A stretch of 64,000 bases of DNA from the human T2T-CHM13v2.0 reference genome, Homo sapiens. The stretch is from assembly GCF_009914755.1 (NCBI RefSeq), contig NC_060925.1; one strand, 5' to 3'. Numbering within the stretch: position 1 is the stretch's first letter; each line of letters begins with the position of its first letter. Position numbers and translations under genes: made by a program. This document shows, piece after piece, positions 1 to 13,949 of the stretch. Under the pieces are notes generated by a model that saw only the letters and a program-made list of their open reading frames with translations, was not told the origin of the DNA and searched no databases.

Positions 1-54
1 CCTTCTATCTATGGGTCCTATCTTTCTTTTTCTCTTCCAAATCTAGCCTGTTTA

Positions 55-1090
55 TTAATTCATGTAATCATGTAATTCACACATTTGCCAAATAGTCATT
101 AAGCCCATGATGTCCCAGGCACAGTTCTAGACATGGGAGACACACTGGTAAGACAATTTGTGTACTTTTAGTAGGGCAAGGATGGATGACGATAACCTAC
201 AAATGAATAAACAAATAGAATGTCAATTGTAATGGGTATTGCAAATAAAAGTAAAATAGTGTGAGGGGTGCAAACAGTGAGTGTGGATGGGGAAGGCATG
301 TGTATCCTGTATTAAACATAGTGTTAAGGAAGGCTGTCTAAAATGGAGATACTTGTGCAGACACCTGAATGGAGGGACAGAGGGAGCCATGGGAGTTCTG
401 GGCTGACAGTATTCTTGGCAGAGGGAAGGAGTGGCAAGCACAAAGACCCTGAGGCAAAAACACATGTGATGGCCCAGGATGGCAGGAGGACCACGATGAG
501 CAGAAGGATGGGGAGAGCTAGGCTGGAAAGACAAGCAGGGGCCAGATCATGAAGGCCAAGGTAAGGAGTATGGATTTTTTTTTTTCTAAGGGTGGTAGGA
601 AGCTACTAGAAGCTTTGAAGGGAGTCATATGATCTAATTTGTATTTTTGAAGATTATTATGGCTTTGGGGTTTAGAATAAACTTTAAGAGATCAAGAAGG
701 GAAACAAAGAGAACTTGAGAAATATTTCCCATTTGAGAAATGAAAAACACAGTTGACATTTCTGATATAGGGAAAATAGAGGAGTAAATTTGGGGAAGGA
801 GGACTTCATGGACTCAATGTTGGTCATAAGTGTAAAATGCTCACTAGCTATCTGAGTGGGGATTTTGAACAGGCAGTAGGATATTTGAGTCTGAAGTTCA
901 GGAAGTAGTCAAGAATACCCATTCCACCCAGAAGGCAAATTAGATAAGGACTAACAATAGTTCTTTAATATTCAATACCCAGGAAGTTATTAGAACCTTT
1001 TTTTTTTTGCCATAGTAACATTCATAGAATGACAGAGAGGTAAAAGCCAAATTGTCGAGGTGAAGATAATGAGTATAGATTATTCTTTCA
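55..1090 (-). mobile_element. L2 LINE 3' fragment (diverged)
   Basis: L2-like antisense motifs (gtcccaggcacagttctag, gcagagggaaggagtggcaagcacaaagaccctgaggc, ggggccagatcatgaaggcc, gagtctgaagttcagg); boundaries approximate. Confidence 0.7.
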
Positions 1091-1094
1091 AAAG

Positions 1095-1445
1095 AATCAG
1101 ATTTCAGCTTTGTTAATTCTATTTTTCTTTGCTTTCTACTTCATTAATTTCTACTGTTTATTATTTACCTCCTTCTATTGTCTTTAAGGTTTCTGTTCAT
1201 TTTCTTAAGGTGGAGACTTACCTGATTAATTTCTTCTTTCCTAATACAAGTATTTAAGGCTTGTACAAATTTGTTTGAAAGGTTTCTTTCAAGTATTTGC
1301 TTCTAATGTTGAATTTGTTTCAAATATTTGGAAAAAAGGTCAAATATTACATATGCTGCTTTCAATAAGCTTTGATATGTAGTGATTTCACTATCACTTA
1401 CTTCTAAGTATTTTTAAATTTTCGTGATGAATTCATCTTTGACCC
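1095..1445 (-). mobile_element. Old L1 (L1M) ORF2 fragment
   Basis: T-rich antisense L1 ORF2-like sequence (tttctacttcattaatttctact..., ttcatctttgaccc). Confidence 0.55.
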
Positions 1446-1479
1446 TGCCTCCTGTCTTTATTTCAAAAAGGATGCAATT

Positions 1480-1960
1480 GCAAAGATGAGTTTACTGCAG
1501 AAAACCAACAAAAATGACAGATTTGAATAACAAACAAATGGAAATTCTAGGAATGAAAAATATAACCACCAAAATGAAAAACACAGTCAATAGATTAAAC
1601 AAAAGATTAGACACATTGAAAGAGAATGTTTCCAGAGTGCAGGAAATAAATATAAGAATAAAGAAAAATGAAGGAGAAGTTAAGAGCAAAGATGTTAAAA
1701 AGTCAGAATTAAATTATTCTAAACAATACTCTGAGTTCAGGGCAGGAGCACTGGAGCTAAATCTTAGGAGAGGAATGAAGATATGGATTGACTGCAAGAC
1801 TTTATGATAAACACGTACAGTCAACTTTGCAGTAACCACTAAAAGAATAAAAACAGCATGTAAACATTCCCAATCTGTAGAGAGAGAACACAATGAAGTG
1901 AAAGAAATAGCTTGGTAATTTTTATAAAAGGCAAGAATGAGGAAAGACAGGAATGATCAG
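1480..1960 (+). mobile_element. Old L1 (L1M) ORF1 fragment
   Basis: ORF 1514-1807 reads KQMEILGMKNITTKMKNTVNRLNKRLDTLKE, typical of the L1 ORF1p coiled coil. Confidence 0.7.
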
Positions 1961-2689
1961 GCTAAGGTGAAACAGTGATGTGCTGTTTATGTGAGGCATA
2001 ACTAAGTGATAAGAATATGGAAAAGTTAAGTGTCCCATCCCACACAAATTGAGGGGTTCAACATAAAAGAGACATGATCAGACTTGTGCTGTAGGAAGGT
2101 GATACTGACTGCAACCACCTGTAACATGGGATGTGCACTGTAGGAGGACAAGATGGAGGCCTGGGCTTGGGAGCTTTGAGCTAGCTTGGGCCTGCTCTAA
2201 GGCTGTGGCAGTGGCAGTGGGGATAGGCTGGGTGGGCTGCGGAGATGAAAAGGCCGTTTCAGTTATGCTGAGATAAAGTTAAAATGACAGCCACTGGCCT
2301 CTGGTCTCAAACAGGGAAATCAAAACCTGGCCTGCATTGTGAACCCAACATCAAGGGTTTGGGAATTGTGTAAGTCTGACCTTTGTTCACTTCCAAGTGA
2401 TGTCATCAGTTCACGGGGCCTCTGAGCCTCCTAATCCTGCCGTTGAGGCAGGTGGCTGTCAAGCTGTCATGTTGAAAACCTGCTTCTGGAGTTGTTGTTT
2501 GGGGCTCTGCTCCTTCAGAAAGTAGAGAGAAACTCACACGGTATCTGAAAACTACCAACCCTCATGTTATTCCAATAAAAATAATCTCTTCCACTTAAAT
2601 AAAGCTTGCTTGGTTCAGATGTTTGCTCTCACAAGTTCTTCACAACTTGCCATGTGAGGAGATGCTATTATTTTATTAGGCTGTGCGGA

Positions 2690-2830
2690 TATTATTTTTC
2701 ACATTTCTTTTTACTGAGAGGAGACAGAGATCCAGAGAGTTGATATGGTTTGCCCAAGCTCACCCAGTGTCAGTGGCAGAGCTGAGAGTGCAAACCAGGT
2801 TGTCTGGTGTGGGCTCAGGCTCTCTGTGCT
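2690..2830 (-). mobile_element. MIR SINE
   Basis: ttgcccaagctcacccag...gtggcagagctg matches the antisense MIR core. Confidence 0.6.
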
Positions 2831-3059
2831 GTCAGGTTTGAACTCGTTTTGGTAATAGGAGGGAGTCAGGAGAATAGAAACTGGCCAACTCCAGCCTATA
2901 TTTTCATCCTCTGCCACCCACTAGTCTTCCTCCTTCTTTATGTAAAGAGTGTTTTTTCCCCCAACAAATAAGAAAATTTTGGGATAAATATAAAACCCTG
3001 CATTTAGATTTTAACAGTAGGTTTCTCAAGTTTAAGCTGGAGGAGGCAGTTCCTGAGAA

Positions 3060-3810
3060 AATGAACAATATCCAAATAATCGTAGTTGCTAAAAGAGAAA
3101 ATAGAGGCAGAAAATAAATTTAAAAAAAATTCCCAGAACTAAGAAAAACATGATTTTACAAATTGAAAGGACTCTCCAGTAGCTATCACAGAAAAAAAAA
3201 ATAGACTACATATCTGAAACTGTGGCATTTCTGAACACTATGAACAAAGAAATTTGGAATGCTTCTAGAGAGAGTAGGGGGATAAAAAGGTCATATAAAA
3301 ATGATCAGGAATCGAATGGATTTGGATTTCTCAAAAGTAACCCTGGAAGCAAGAACATGTGGACCATTGCTTTCAATATTCCATGGGAAAATGATATTCA
3401 ACCTAGAATTTGTATTCAGCCAAATTATCAAGCGTGTAAGGAGCATAAAGACATTTTCAAGGCCAGCACGGTGGCTCACGCCTGTAATCCTAGTACTTTG
3501 GGAGGCCGAGGAGGGTGGATCCCCTGAGGTCAGGAATTCGAGACCAGCCTGACCAATATGGTGAAACCCCCTCTCTACTAACAATACAAAAATTAGACGG
3601 GAGTGGTGGTGCACGCCTGTAGTCCCAGCAACTCGAGAGGCTGAGGCGAGAGGATCACCTGAGCTGGGGAGGTCGTGGCTGCAGTGAGCTGTGATCAGGC
3701 CACCGTACTTCAGCCTGGGAGCCAGAGCAAGATCCTATCTATCAATAAATAAATAAATAAATAAATGACATTTTCAGACAAGCAAGGTCTTAAAAAATTT
3801 ACCACCTAAT
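3060..3810 (+). mobile_element. Old L1 ORF1 C-terminal fragment, interrupted by an Alu
   Basis: ggatttctcaaaagtaaccctggaagcaagaac and gatattcaacctagaatttgtattcagccaaattatca; the L1 sequence resumes after the Alu at gacattttcagac. Confidence 0.7.
3461..3765 (+). mobile_element. Alu (S-like left arm, J-like right arm)
   Basis: Full dimeric Alu with an (AATA)n tail; TSD gacattttca on both sides. Confidence 0.95.
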
Positions 3811-5057
3811 GAGAGATGGCTACACTAAGATCAGTATTTAGCTGAAGCAATGAGTCACCATTGAATGAATGAATGAAATGGAATGAAACCCCGAGACACA
3901 TGAGTAAACTAGAAAATTTATTTTTAAGGCTTACTTATTAATATAATTTTATTATTAAAAGAGGTCAGTTTTTAAAATTTGTCATTAGAAGTCACTAATA
4001 ATAATTTGTCATCACTTCAATCTGCTGGATTACTCCTGTGTCATTACATTTGTCGTATAAATAGAAACTTTGGACTGAGGTTGGTGAGGACACAAGCTGT
4101 TTTTTAGTATCTTCTTGCCAGTACAAGGCACACTAGTGGTGATGTTGCTCCCAAATAATTAATCTTTTCTTTTCTCCGCAGTAACTAAGGTAATGTTTAT
4201 TTCCCTTTCAACTCCTACTTGCAGATTTGATTGCTGGTAAAGATGCTGTTTGAAGCATATTGAAGTTTTGTGCTATCTGAATGTTTCAGAAGGAAATTTC
4301 CGATTTTTGCCCTCACATAGATTGTGTATTTCTTTAATCCTTGGATAAACAAGGATGTAAATAAAGTAATGTAACTAGATTTCAGAATAGCAAAATCTAT
4401 AAATTTCCATCTGTATTCAAGATTTCATTGCATGCATATCAGTGTCAGCATCTTTTCTTAAGTAGAATGAAAGGTGGGTCTTTCAATAAGGATAATTCAA
4501 GAAAAAGTTATCCTCTCAAGATCCATGATTTTGATTACTTCTCCAGCAGAGTCCAGCATATGAATTGATTTCTCTCCAGTCAACCTTTGGGCATTAGCAA
4601 ATCTTGCTAACAAGTTATCATTATTATTACCTGAAGCATACAATATTAAGGTATTTTTAAAAATCAAGCTGTTTTTTAATATGTGACGGCTGCTGTTCCA
4701 TCTTGTTTTCACATCTCATGTAAGTAAATAACAAAACAATTTCAAAGCCATGCAGTTTCTCTTTAAAGCAGAATGATGAGAATGGCTCACTATCTTCATG
4801 CTTTGGCCTGTAATTCAGTTAAAATATACTGTTATAATTATATTTTAAATATGCAACTTAAGGATGTGTACAGAATGTTTTGCTTGTGATTCCTAAATCA
4901 CTCGTTACCTTCACCACGTTTTTCCCATGGTCAGTCTATAGATCTGTTTTCTACTTTATGAGTATGTCTATCAGTTTCACCATTCTCTTGGTCAAACTGC
5001 CTTACCCTGATCTCCCACCTCATTTCTTTGCAAGCATTCATCATTAATCCATTGTAT

Positions 5058-5338
<281 letters not shown>

Positions 5339-6246
5339 TGACAATCTTTAAGAACAAAGTCTCTTTCTGCACATCCAAATGACTAATGTTCAGGATACAG
5401 AAGTAGCACATTAAATAACATTATTAAAGTTTATACTTCTGGGAATGCTTTTTGCAGACCAACCCCTGCACCAAAAAAAAAAAAAAAGTTATAAGAGCAA
5501 GACAAAAGACAAAAATAAATCTCTTTGAAGACATTACATAGCTATTAATAGATACAGAGTCAGTTAGAGTTAGGTGGCCAGACTTGAGTGGTGAGAATAT
5601 CAGAGCAAAGAAATACATTTTGAGATAAACCCAGAATTCTGCAGGGCTTTTTCCTTGAGGCATTTGGCAATTTAAAAGCAGCACAGGGCTGAGAAGCTAG
5701 GAAGCTGGGCAGCAGCAGACACTTAAATAAGGCTAGAAAGCTGAGCAGAGCTTTCAGCAGTCTAACAAGCCTAAGGAAACAATAATTAGAGTTCAGGGTT
5801 CACCAAGAAAAGGCCCCAGTAAACAATCTAGACCTCCCATTAAGACACCCAGAAGCTATACTCTAAGAGGTAAGGTAAACCAGAAATAAAAGGTGTTCAC
5901 AAAAGACTAAAACCTAGTCCTGAACCAGTGTAATCCCAATGTGATTAATAGGGGTTAATATGATCTGCTCCGTCTCTACCTCCCTACCAGAGAGTTATAC
6001 AGCAGAAGAGAGAATTCATCACCAGGAAGACAGACTAACTGAAAATATCCATCCTAAAGTTCAGGGAGAAGGGAAAAAAAGAGATGGAAAGTACAGAAAA
6101 GACCATGAGACATATGTGATACAGTGATGAGGTCTAATATATAACAATATGTAATAGTCTCAGAAAAACAAAAAGAGAATGGGGCAGAAGCAATATTTTA
6201 AGAGCTACTAACCAAGAATTTTCTAAAACTGTGAAAAAAAAATTCA

Positions 6247-6596
<350 letters not shown>

Positions 6597-7690
6597 GTGG
6601 GATTTCCTGGGCTATTATGATGGTGACGAATTTCAAGTGGTTGTGGCAGTATCGCTTTCCCGCCCTTTACATTACAGCTGAACGTGGCCACTTGGCAGAA
6701 GCAGCTGGCCACCTGGTGTTTGTTGGTTCTGTCCATCTGCTGCCTGCACAGACAGTCAAGCATGATGGTTATGGATGCTCAGGAGATCCTGCTCTTCAGC
6801 AACATCAAGCTGTGGAAGCTTCCTGTGGGATCAATCCAGGTTGTATTAGAGGAACTGAGGAAGAATGGGAACTTACAGTGGCTGGATAAGAGCAAGTCTA
6901 GTTTCCTAATCATGTGGCGGAGGCCAGAAGAATGGGGAAAACTCATCTATCAGTGGGTCTCCAGGAGTGGCCAGAACAACTCCGTACTTAGCCTGTATGA
7001 GCTGACCAATGGGGAAGACATAGAGAATGAGGTGTTCCACGGACTAAAGGAGGCCTTCTGTGGGCTCTGCAGGCCCTTCAGTAGGAACATAAGGCTGAGA
7101 TCATCACCATCTCACTCGGAGACCAGTGATGGCTGAGGTGTCAGGTCCATCTGTCAGAGACCTGCTTCCTTTTACTTTCTATCTCCCACCTTTCCAGGGC
7201 TTTCAGGAGGAGACAGACTCGGTGGACCCACACATTGAACCTGTGAATCCACCAGACTCAAAAGGGCTCCAGTCCTGAAGCCTGGGACCCAGGGGTGGGT
7301 TTCTCATACACAACATGTCTGTCCCTGGGACAGGGTGAGGCTGAGGCACTCCAGAGAAAAATGCTTCTTCAAAGCTTGCCTACTTCCTTTCCTATCCTAG
7401 ACTGCTTCTGAGCCAGGGTCTGTAAACCTAACACTTTATGTGTGTTCACATATGTAAGTTCATACACACATGCACCTGCACATGCTTCTGTCTCCTCCAT
7501 CTTCTATCCCCTTAGCTGCTGTTGCCTCCCTTCTCAGGCTGCTGCTGGATCTTTCCTAGGGAATGTGGGAAGCCTGGCTGCAGGCAGCCATCCAAGCAAT
7601 AGAAAGATAGGAGGCCCATGGGCCTGGCACTGACAGGCAGGGCCCAACATTGATTTATGTTATTAAAATCTCAACTGCCCCCACTTCAGA
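6597..7690 (+). pseudogene. VPS25P1: Processed pseudogene of VPS25 (ESCRT-II subunit)
   Basis: Intronless copy: ATG at 6620, F-WxWQYRFP, then after a frameshift KQLATWC...WLDKSKSSFLIMWRRPEEWGKLIYQWVSRSGQNNSV...YELTNGED. Frameshifts near both ends; 3'UTR-like sequence with ATTAAA at 7662-7667. Symbol recalled from the 1p12 locus. Confidence 0.92.
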
Positions 7691-7924
7691 CAATAAAAAC
7701 TGAGCTATATGCTGCTCACAATAAATTCAGTTGAAATATAATGATTAGAAATGTAAAAAGTAGTAAGAAGGAATAAGGTACGCCATGGAAATACTAATCA
7801 AAAGAAAGCAGATATAACTATATTAACATCCAAAGCATGACAAATCATATCTCCATTGCATAAAAGAATATAATCAGGAGTGTTTTTAAATATCTTTTTA
7901 TTTAATTTAATCTGGAATTCATAG

Positions 7925-8252
<328 letters not shown>

Positions 8253-8929
8253 AAAAATCCATCATCTTTAATTACTGAAAATTTATCATAGTCTATTGCA
8301 ACTCTTTGAACAAGTATATTATTTACATTTTTATCCTCCAAAGACTCAAAACTAAAAAAACTTAAAGAACTCTTGTGATGTCTGTTACTTTGATATTTTA
8401 TCAGCAAGAAAAATATGTGTTTTGTTTACCTCAGTTTTTTCTAAAATTGTGAAATGTATTATTTGTATCTTTGTTATGTCTACATTGAAGATGATTAATC
8501 ATGGATGATGTTGTACATGGTTTTGGAGTTTTTTCTTTTCATGAAATGTTGAGAGGGCAAAGCATATCCTCACAAGCCGTGACAAATTTTTTTGAAATAC
8601 CTTCGGCCTAAAGGGAAATAACAAAAAGTTAAATATAGTTATTAAAGTTTATTTTGTTAGTGTTTTGAGTGCTAGTACCTCAAACAATTCTATAATGATG
8701 TGAATTATGATATAATCTAATCTTTGTTATTCTTTCTTGTATCATTTAGTTTTTAATTAACATTTTATTCAAAAAGGATATGAAGTTCTTCCTATGTTTA
8801 TGTCACGAATCCACTCTTTTTTAACCTTCAAATCAACACTCTGTTTCCTATATATTCAGCTATTTGGCTGTTTTTAATAATTGTTTTCATATGTAAAATT
8901 GCTCATTACTTTTTATAGCATTTCAATTT

Positions 8930-10268
8930 TTTTAATAGTTTGAGGGGGTACCGATGCAGGTTCGCTTCATGGATATGTTGTGTAATGGTGAAGTTTGGGT
9001 TTCCAGCGTGTCCATCACCCCGATAGTAAACACTGTACCCAACAGGTAATTTTTCAACCCTTACCCCCTCCTACTGTTACCACTTTTGAAGTCCCCAGTG
9101 TCTGTTAGTTCCTTCTCTATGTCCATGTGTACCCACTGGTTAGCTCCCTTTATAAGTGAGAGCATGTAGTATTTGATTATCTGTTTCTGAGTTATTTCAC
9201 TTATAGTAATGGCCTCCAACTCCATTTATGTTGCTGCAAAAGACATAATTTCATTTTTGTGGCTGTGTAGCACTCCATCGTGTGTGTGTGTGTATGTGTG
9301 TGTGTGTGTATATATATATAAATACAATTACCACATTTTTTATCCAGTCATCTGTAGATGGACACTTAGGTTGATTCCATGACTTTGCTATTGTGAATAG
9401 TGCTGCAATAAACATATGAAAAACTATACCATGCAAACAGAAAACAAAAATGAGCAGGAGTAGCTATATTTATGTCAGATAAAACAGACTTTAAATCAAT
9501 AACTGTAAAAAAGGACAAAAGTTATTATATAATGACAAATGGTTCAATTTAACAAGAAGATATAACTATCCCAAATATATATGCACCCAATACCAAAGCA
9601 CCAAGATCCATAAAACAAATACTACTAGACCTAAGAAAAGAGACAGCAATGCAATAATGGTGGGGAACTTTATCACCCCACTGACAGGACTAGACAGATC
9701 ATCAAGGCAAAAAATCAGCAAAGTCTTAAACTGGACTCTAGGCCAAATGGACCTACCTAATAGACATTTACAGAACATTCTACCCAACAACTGCAAAATA
9801 TACATTTTTCTTATCTGAATGTGGAACATTCTGGAAAATAGACCATATTCTTGGCCATAAGGCAAGTCTCAATAAATTTTTAAAAAATCATATGAAATAT
9901 CTTTTTAGACCACTGTGAAATAAAATTAGAACTCAATATCAAGAGGAGCTCTCTAAAGTATTTGAATATATGGAAACTAAACAAGTTGCTCCTGAATGAT
10001 CTTTGAGTAAATGATGAAATTAATACAGAAATTAAAAAGATGGAAACAAATGAAAAGAGACACAACACACCAAAACTTCTGGGATATAGCAAAAGCAGTG
10101 CTGGAAGCTTATAGTGTTAAATGGCTACATTAAAAAGATAGAAAGACCTAAAATCAACAACCTAATGTCACACCTCAAGGAACTAGAAAAATAAAAACAA
10201 ACCAAACCAACAGCTAGCAGAAGAAAAAGAAATAGCAAAGATTAGAGCAGAATTAAGTGAGGTTGAGA

Positions 10269-10302
<34 letters not shown>

Positions 10303-10688
10303 ATGATATGAAGGATCAATGAAACAAAAAGTTGGTTCTTTGAAAAGATAAACATAATTGATAGACCACTGGCTAGACTAGCCAAGAAAAAGAGAGAGAA
10401 GATTCAAATAAACACAATCAGAAATCATAAAGGTGACATTACAATTGATACCACAGAAATACAAAAGATCAATTGAGACTACTTTGTACATCTCTATGCT
10501 CACAAACTAGAAACCCTAGGGGAAATGGATACATTCCTGGAAATGTACTACCTTCCAAGACTGAACTAGGAAGAAATAGAAATCCTGAACAGACCAATAG
10601 CGAGTAATGAAATTGACTAGTAATAAAAAATTTCCTGACCAAGAAAAGCCCAGGGCCAGATGAATTCACAGCCAAATTTTACCAGATG
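8930..10688 (-). mobile_element. L1PB-like element with 5' inversion (3' end on minus 8930-9415; ORF2 segment on plus 9416-10688)
   Basis: Antisense 3'UTR/ORF2 end (MFIAALFTIAKSWNQPKCPS) abuts a sense ORF2 segment ending at aaaagcccagggccagatgaattcacagcc; ttcaattttt is present at both flanks. Confidence 0.85.
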
Positions 10689-11180
10689 TTCAATTTTTGA
10701 ATAATACAAATGCATTTTGTGTTTGGGAGTACATGTTCAAGTAACTGATAGATTTACAATGTATAAAGCACACAAGTAGATTCTCACTCCAAAAGTCATC
10801 TAAAGTGACTACTGATATTTGAAGGTGAATATTCTAATATTAGCAATAATTTGAATGGTGTGGCTTATTCACATTACTGATGATTCAGCACTAATTAGAT
10901 ATGGTGGTAACCCTGAAGGTCACAAGATTATTGATTAGTAAAAATTTATAGATGCCAGAAATTATGTTTAAGTATGCATTTGGCTTTTTGGCCTTTTTAA
11001 GGCTGAGGCTTAATACCAAGGCCAGAATTGAACTATATGCACCCTATTCATACTATGCACCATTTCTTAGGAGGTCTTTTACCAAAACAAAAGTATAAAC
11101 CAAGAAAGTGGCTTCACATCTCCTATAGGTTCTGCATCAATCAAGTTAGTACTAAATTATGCCTTGCTTTGCTTAATATT

Positions 11181-11476
11181 TTTATTATTTATTTTTAGAC
11201 AGGGTCTCACTCTGTTGCTAAGCTGAGTGCAGTGGCAAAATCATGCCGTATTGCAGTCTCAACCTCCCTGGTTCAAGTGATCCTCCCACCTCAGCCTCCT
11301 GAATAGCTGGGACTAAAGGAGCATGCCAGCATGTCTGGCTAATTTTTTGTATTTTTGTAGAGACGGGGCTTCACCATGTTGCCCAGGCTGGTCTCGATAT
11401 CCTGGGCTCAGGCAATCTGGCTACCTTGGCCTCCCAAAGTGTTGGGAGTACAGGTATGAGCCACTGTACCTGGTCA
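11181..11476 (-). mobile_element. AluJ
   Basis: Antisense diverged Alu with J-type diagnostics; TSD-like tgcttaat on both sides. Confidence 0.92.
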
Positions 11477-11626
11477 CTGCTTAATGTTTGTATAACTTAA
11501 ACCTACCAACCTATTAATCTCTTTTAAAACTGTAAATGTGTTGTGGGCAGAAACCTTATCTTAGTTGTGTTTTGCCTCTTTAATTTTATAGGGAAATAAT
11601 GATAATTTGGTAATTTTCCTCTAAGG

Positions 11627-12555
11627 ATTATTTTTTTATTATTATTATTATACTTTAAGTTCTGGGATACATGTCCAGAACATGCAGGTTTGTTACATAG
11701 GTATACATGTGCCATGGTGGTTTGCTGCACCCATCAACCCATCATCTACATTAGGTATTTCTCCTAATGCTATCCCCCCACCAGCCTCTCACCCCCATAA
11801 CTGGCCCCGATGTGTGATGTTCCCCTCCCTGTGTCCATGTGTTCTTATTGTTCAACTACCACTTATGAGTGAGAACATGTGGTGTTTGGTTTTCTGTTCC
11901 TGTGTTAGTTTGCTGAGAATGATGGTTTTCAGCTTCATCCATGTCCCTGCAAAGGACATGAACTCATCCTTTCTTATGGCTGCATAATATTCCATGATGT
12001 ATATGTGCCACATTTTCTTAATCCAGTCTATCACTGATGGGCATTTGGGTTGGTTCCAAATCTTTGCTATTGTGAATAGTGCTGCAATAAACATATGTGT
12101 GCATGTGTCTTTATAGAATGATTTATAATCCTTTGGGTATATACCCAGTAGTGGGATTGCTGGGTCAAATGGTATTTCTGGTTCTAGATCCTTGAGGAAT
12201 CACACACTGTCTTCCACAATGGTTGAACTAATTTACACTCCCACCAACGGTGTAAAAGCGTTCCTATTTTTCCACATCCTCTTCAGCATCTGTTGTTTCC
12301 TGACTTTTTAATAATCACCATTCTAACTGGTATGAGATGGTATGACCTTTTGGTTTTGATTTGCATTTCTCTAATGACCAATTATGATGAGCTTTTTTTC
12401 ATATGTTTGTTGGCCGCATAAATGTCTTCTTTTGAGAAGTGTCTGTTCATATCCTTTGCCCACTTTTTGATGGGGTTGTTTGTTTTTTTCTTGTAAATTT
12501 GTTTAAGTTCCTTGTGATTCTAGATATTAGCCATTTGTCAGATGGATAGGTTGAA
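11627..12555 (-). mobile_element. L1PA (approximately PA6-8) 3' end, 5'-truncated
   Basis: ttatactttaagttctgggatacatg start; ORF 11852-12094 is the ORF2 C-terminus (MFIAALFTIAK...DWIKKMWHIY). Confidence 0.93.
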
Positions 12556-13753
12556 AAGAAGAAGATATGTAATTCAGGAAACAGTTTCAACTTAAGAGAC
12601 AGAAGGAGAAAAACTCAAAATGACGGTGAAAGGAGATTTCAGGATAACAGCTGTGTACGAAGTATAGATGTCAACCAGTCCAGAGTGGAGTATGGTCAAA
12701 TGGATCCAGAGATAGAGCTCCAGGAAGTGGAAAATGATGGAATACCCTCATTTATTTGAGTGATTGAGAGGAGTTTTCAGTGGATAGGTGAAAGCTGGGG
12801 TTGTATCAGTGATAAGTGTATAGAAAACTATATGAGATGCAAGCTCCCTACATCTCTTGTAGCTATTCTTGAAGCTAGGCCAACTAGCCATTCCTTCAGA
12901 GTTTTTCTCCTTCCGTCTCTTCCAGGGTTGGATAAAACACTACAGCACAGGGTGTGAGATCTAGGATCTCAAGTGGGCAGCCCATGAAGGGACTGGGTTA
13001 ATGCAATCTAGAAGTACAAGGGAATACATTCACATGAGATGAATTTTACCAAACAAGAATCCAGAGACAAGAAGGAGCCTGGAGGACAAATCACTTTTCT
13101 TCTTTTCTTCTATGGTGGACATTGAAGCATGATTTATTCTTGCAACCCATCTGGAGAAGTCTCGGGTGCCAAATGAACAGACCTGCTGAACAACCCGCTG
13201 TGTCACTAAGTGGTTCTTTATGCAGCAGCAGCCAAGTGCAGTAACATGTCATTTTGCATTGCTTCACGTCTTTATTTGCCTCCCTTCCTTTTTCCTCAAC
13301 CTCAGTGATCTGGATTTGCATCTCCCAAATAGAGTAACAGCACTTTAATTTTTGCTTCAGACTCTACTTTTTAGAGGCTAAGATTAAAACTAAGCAAATA
13401 ATTAAAGAAGAAACTTCAAAGAAAACTAAAAGTAGGGCAAGAAAGAAAAAATAATAGGGTGGCTAGTATTATTATTATTAGGCTCAGTCCTTAATAGAGT
13501 TTAGTAGTAACATTAGAAATATTAAATATCCAACAATTGAGATATAGCTACACTGGAAGAATAGGGTAAGGGAAGAGATATTGGTCATGTAGTAGTGGTG
13601 GTTAAACAGAAATAAATCCTTATCTTCACTAGTAAAAAGTCAATTAGACTGAAAAACCAAAAAAGTTAAAGTTAAAAAAGAAAAGAAAACTAATGGAATT
13701 GAAAGGATTTCCCTCTTGAGAAAAGGAAATAGGGAGTTGATAGTTCCTCTTTT

Positions 13754-13831
13754 TTAAGTCTTACTGAATTAAGTCTGACTCTTCTATCATTTAAGTCTTA
13801 CTGAATTAAGTCTAACTGACTCTTCTATCAT
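13754..13831. repeat. Tandem duplication of a 37-bp unit (second copy has 4 extra nt)
   Basis: ttaagtcttactgaattaagtct(aact)gactcttctatcat x2. Confidence 0.9.
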
Positions 13832-13949
13832 GTACGCTTATAACATTGATTTTAAAAAACACATTTCAAATGCTAGTTACTGATGAAGGCATGTGGTTTT
13901 ATTGTTGTAAGCTATAAAATCAAACTAAGGTAGATATTTAAACTCTGAA

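Noticed and set aside
6684-7136. 150-aa VPS25-like ORF as a functional retrogene
   Set aside because: It starts at a non-ATG codon, the native ATG is in another frame, and the C-terminus is frameshifted; consistent with a processed pseudogene.
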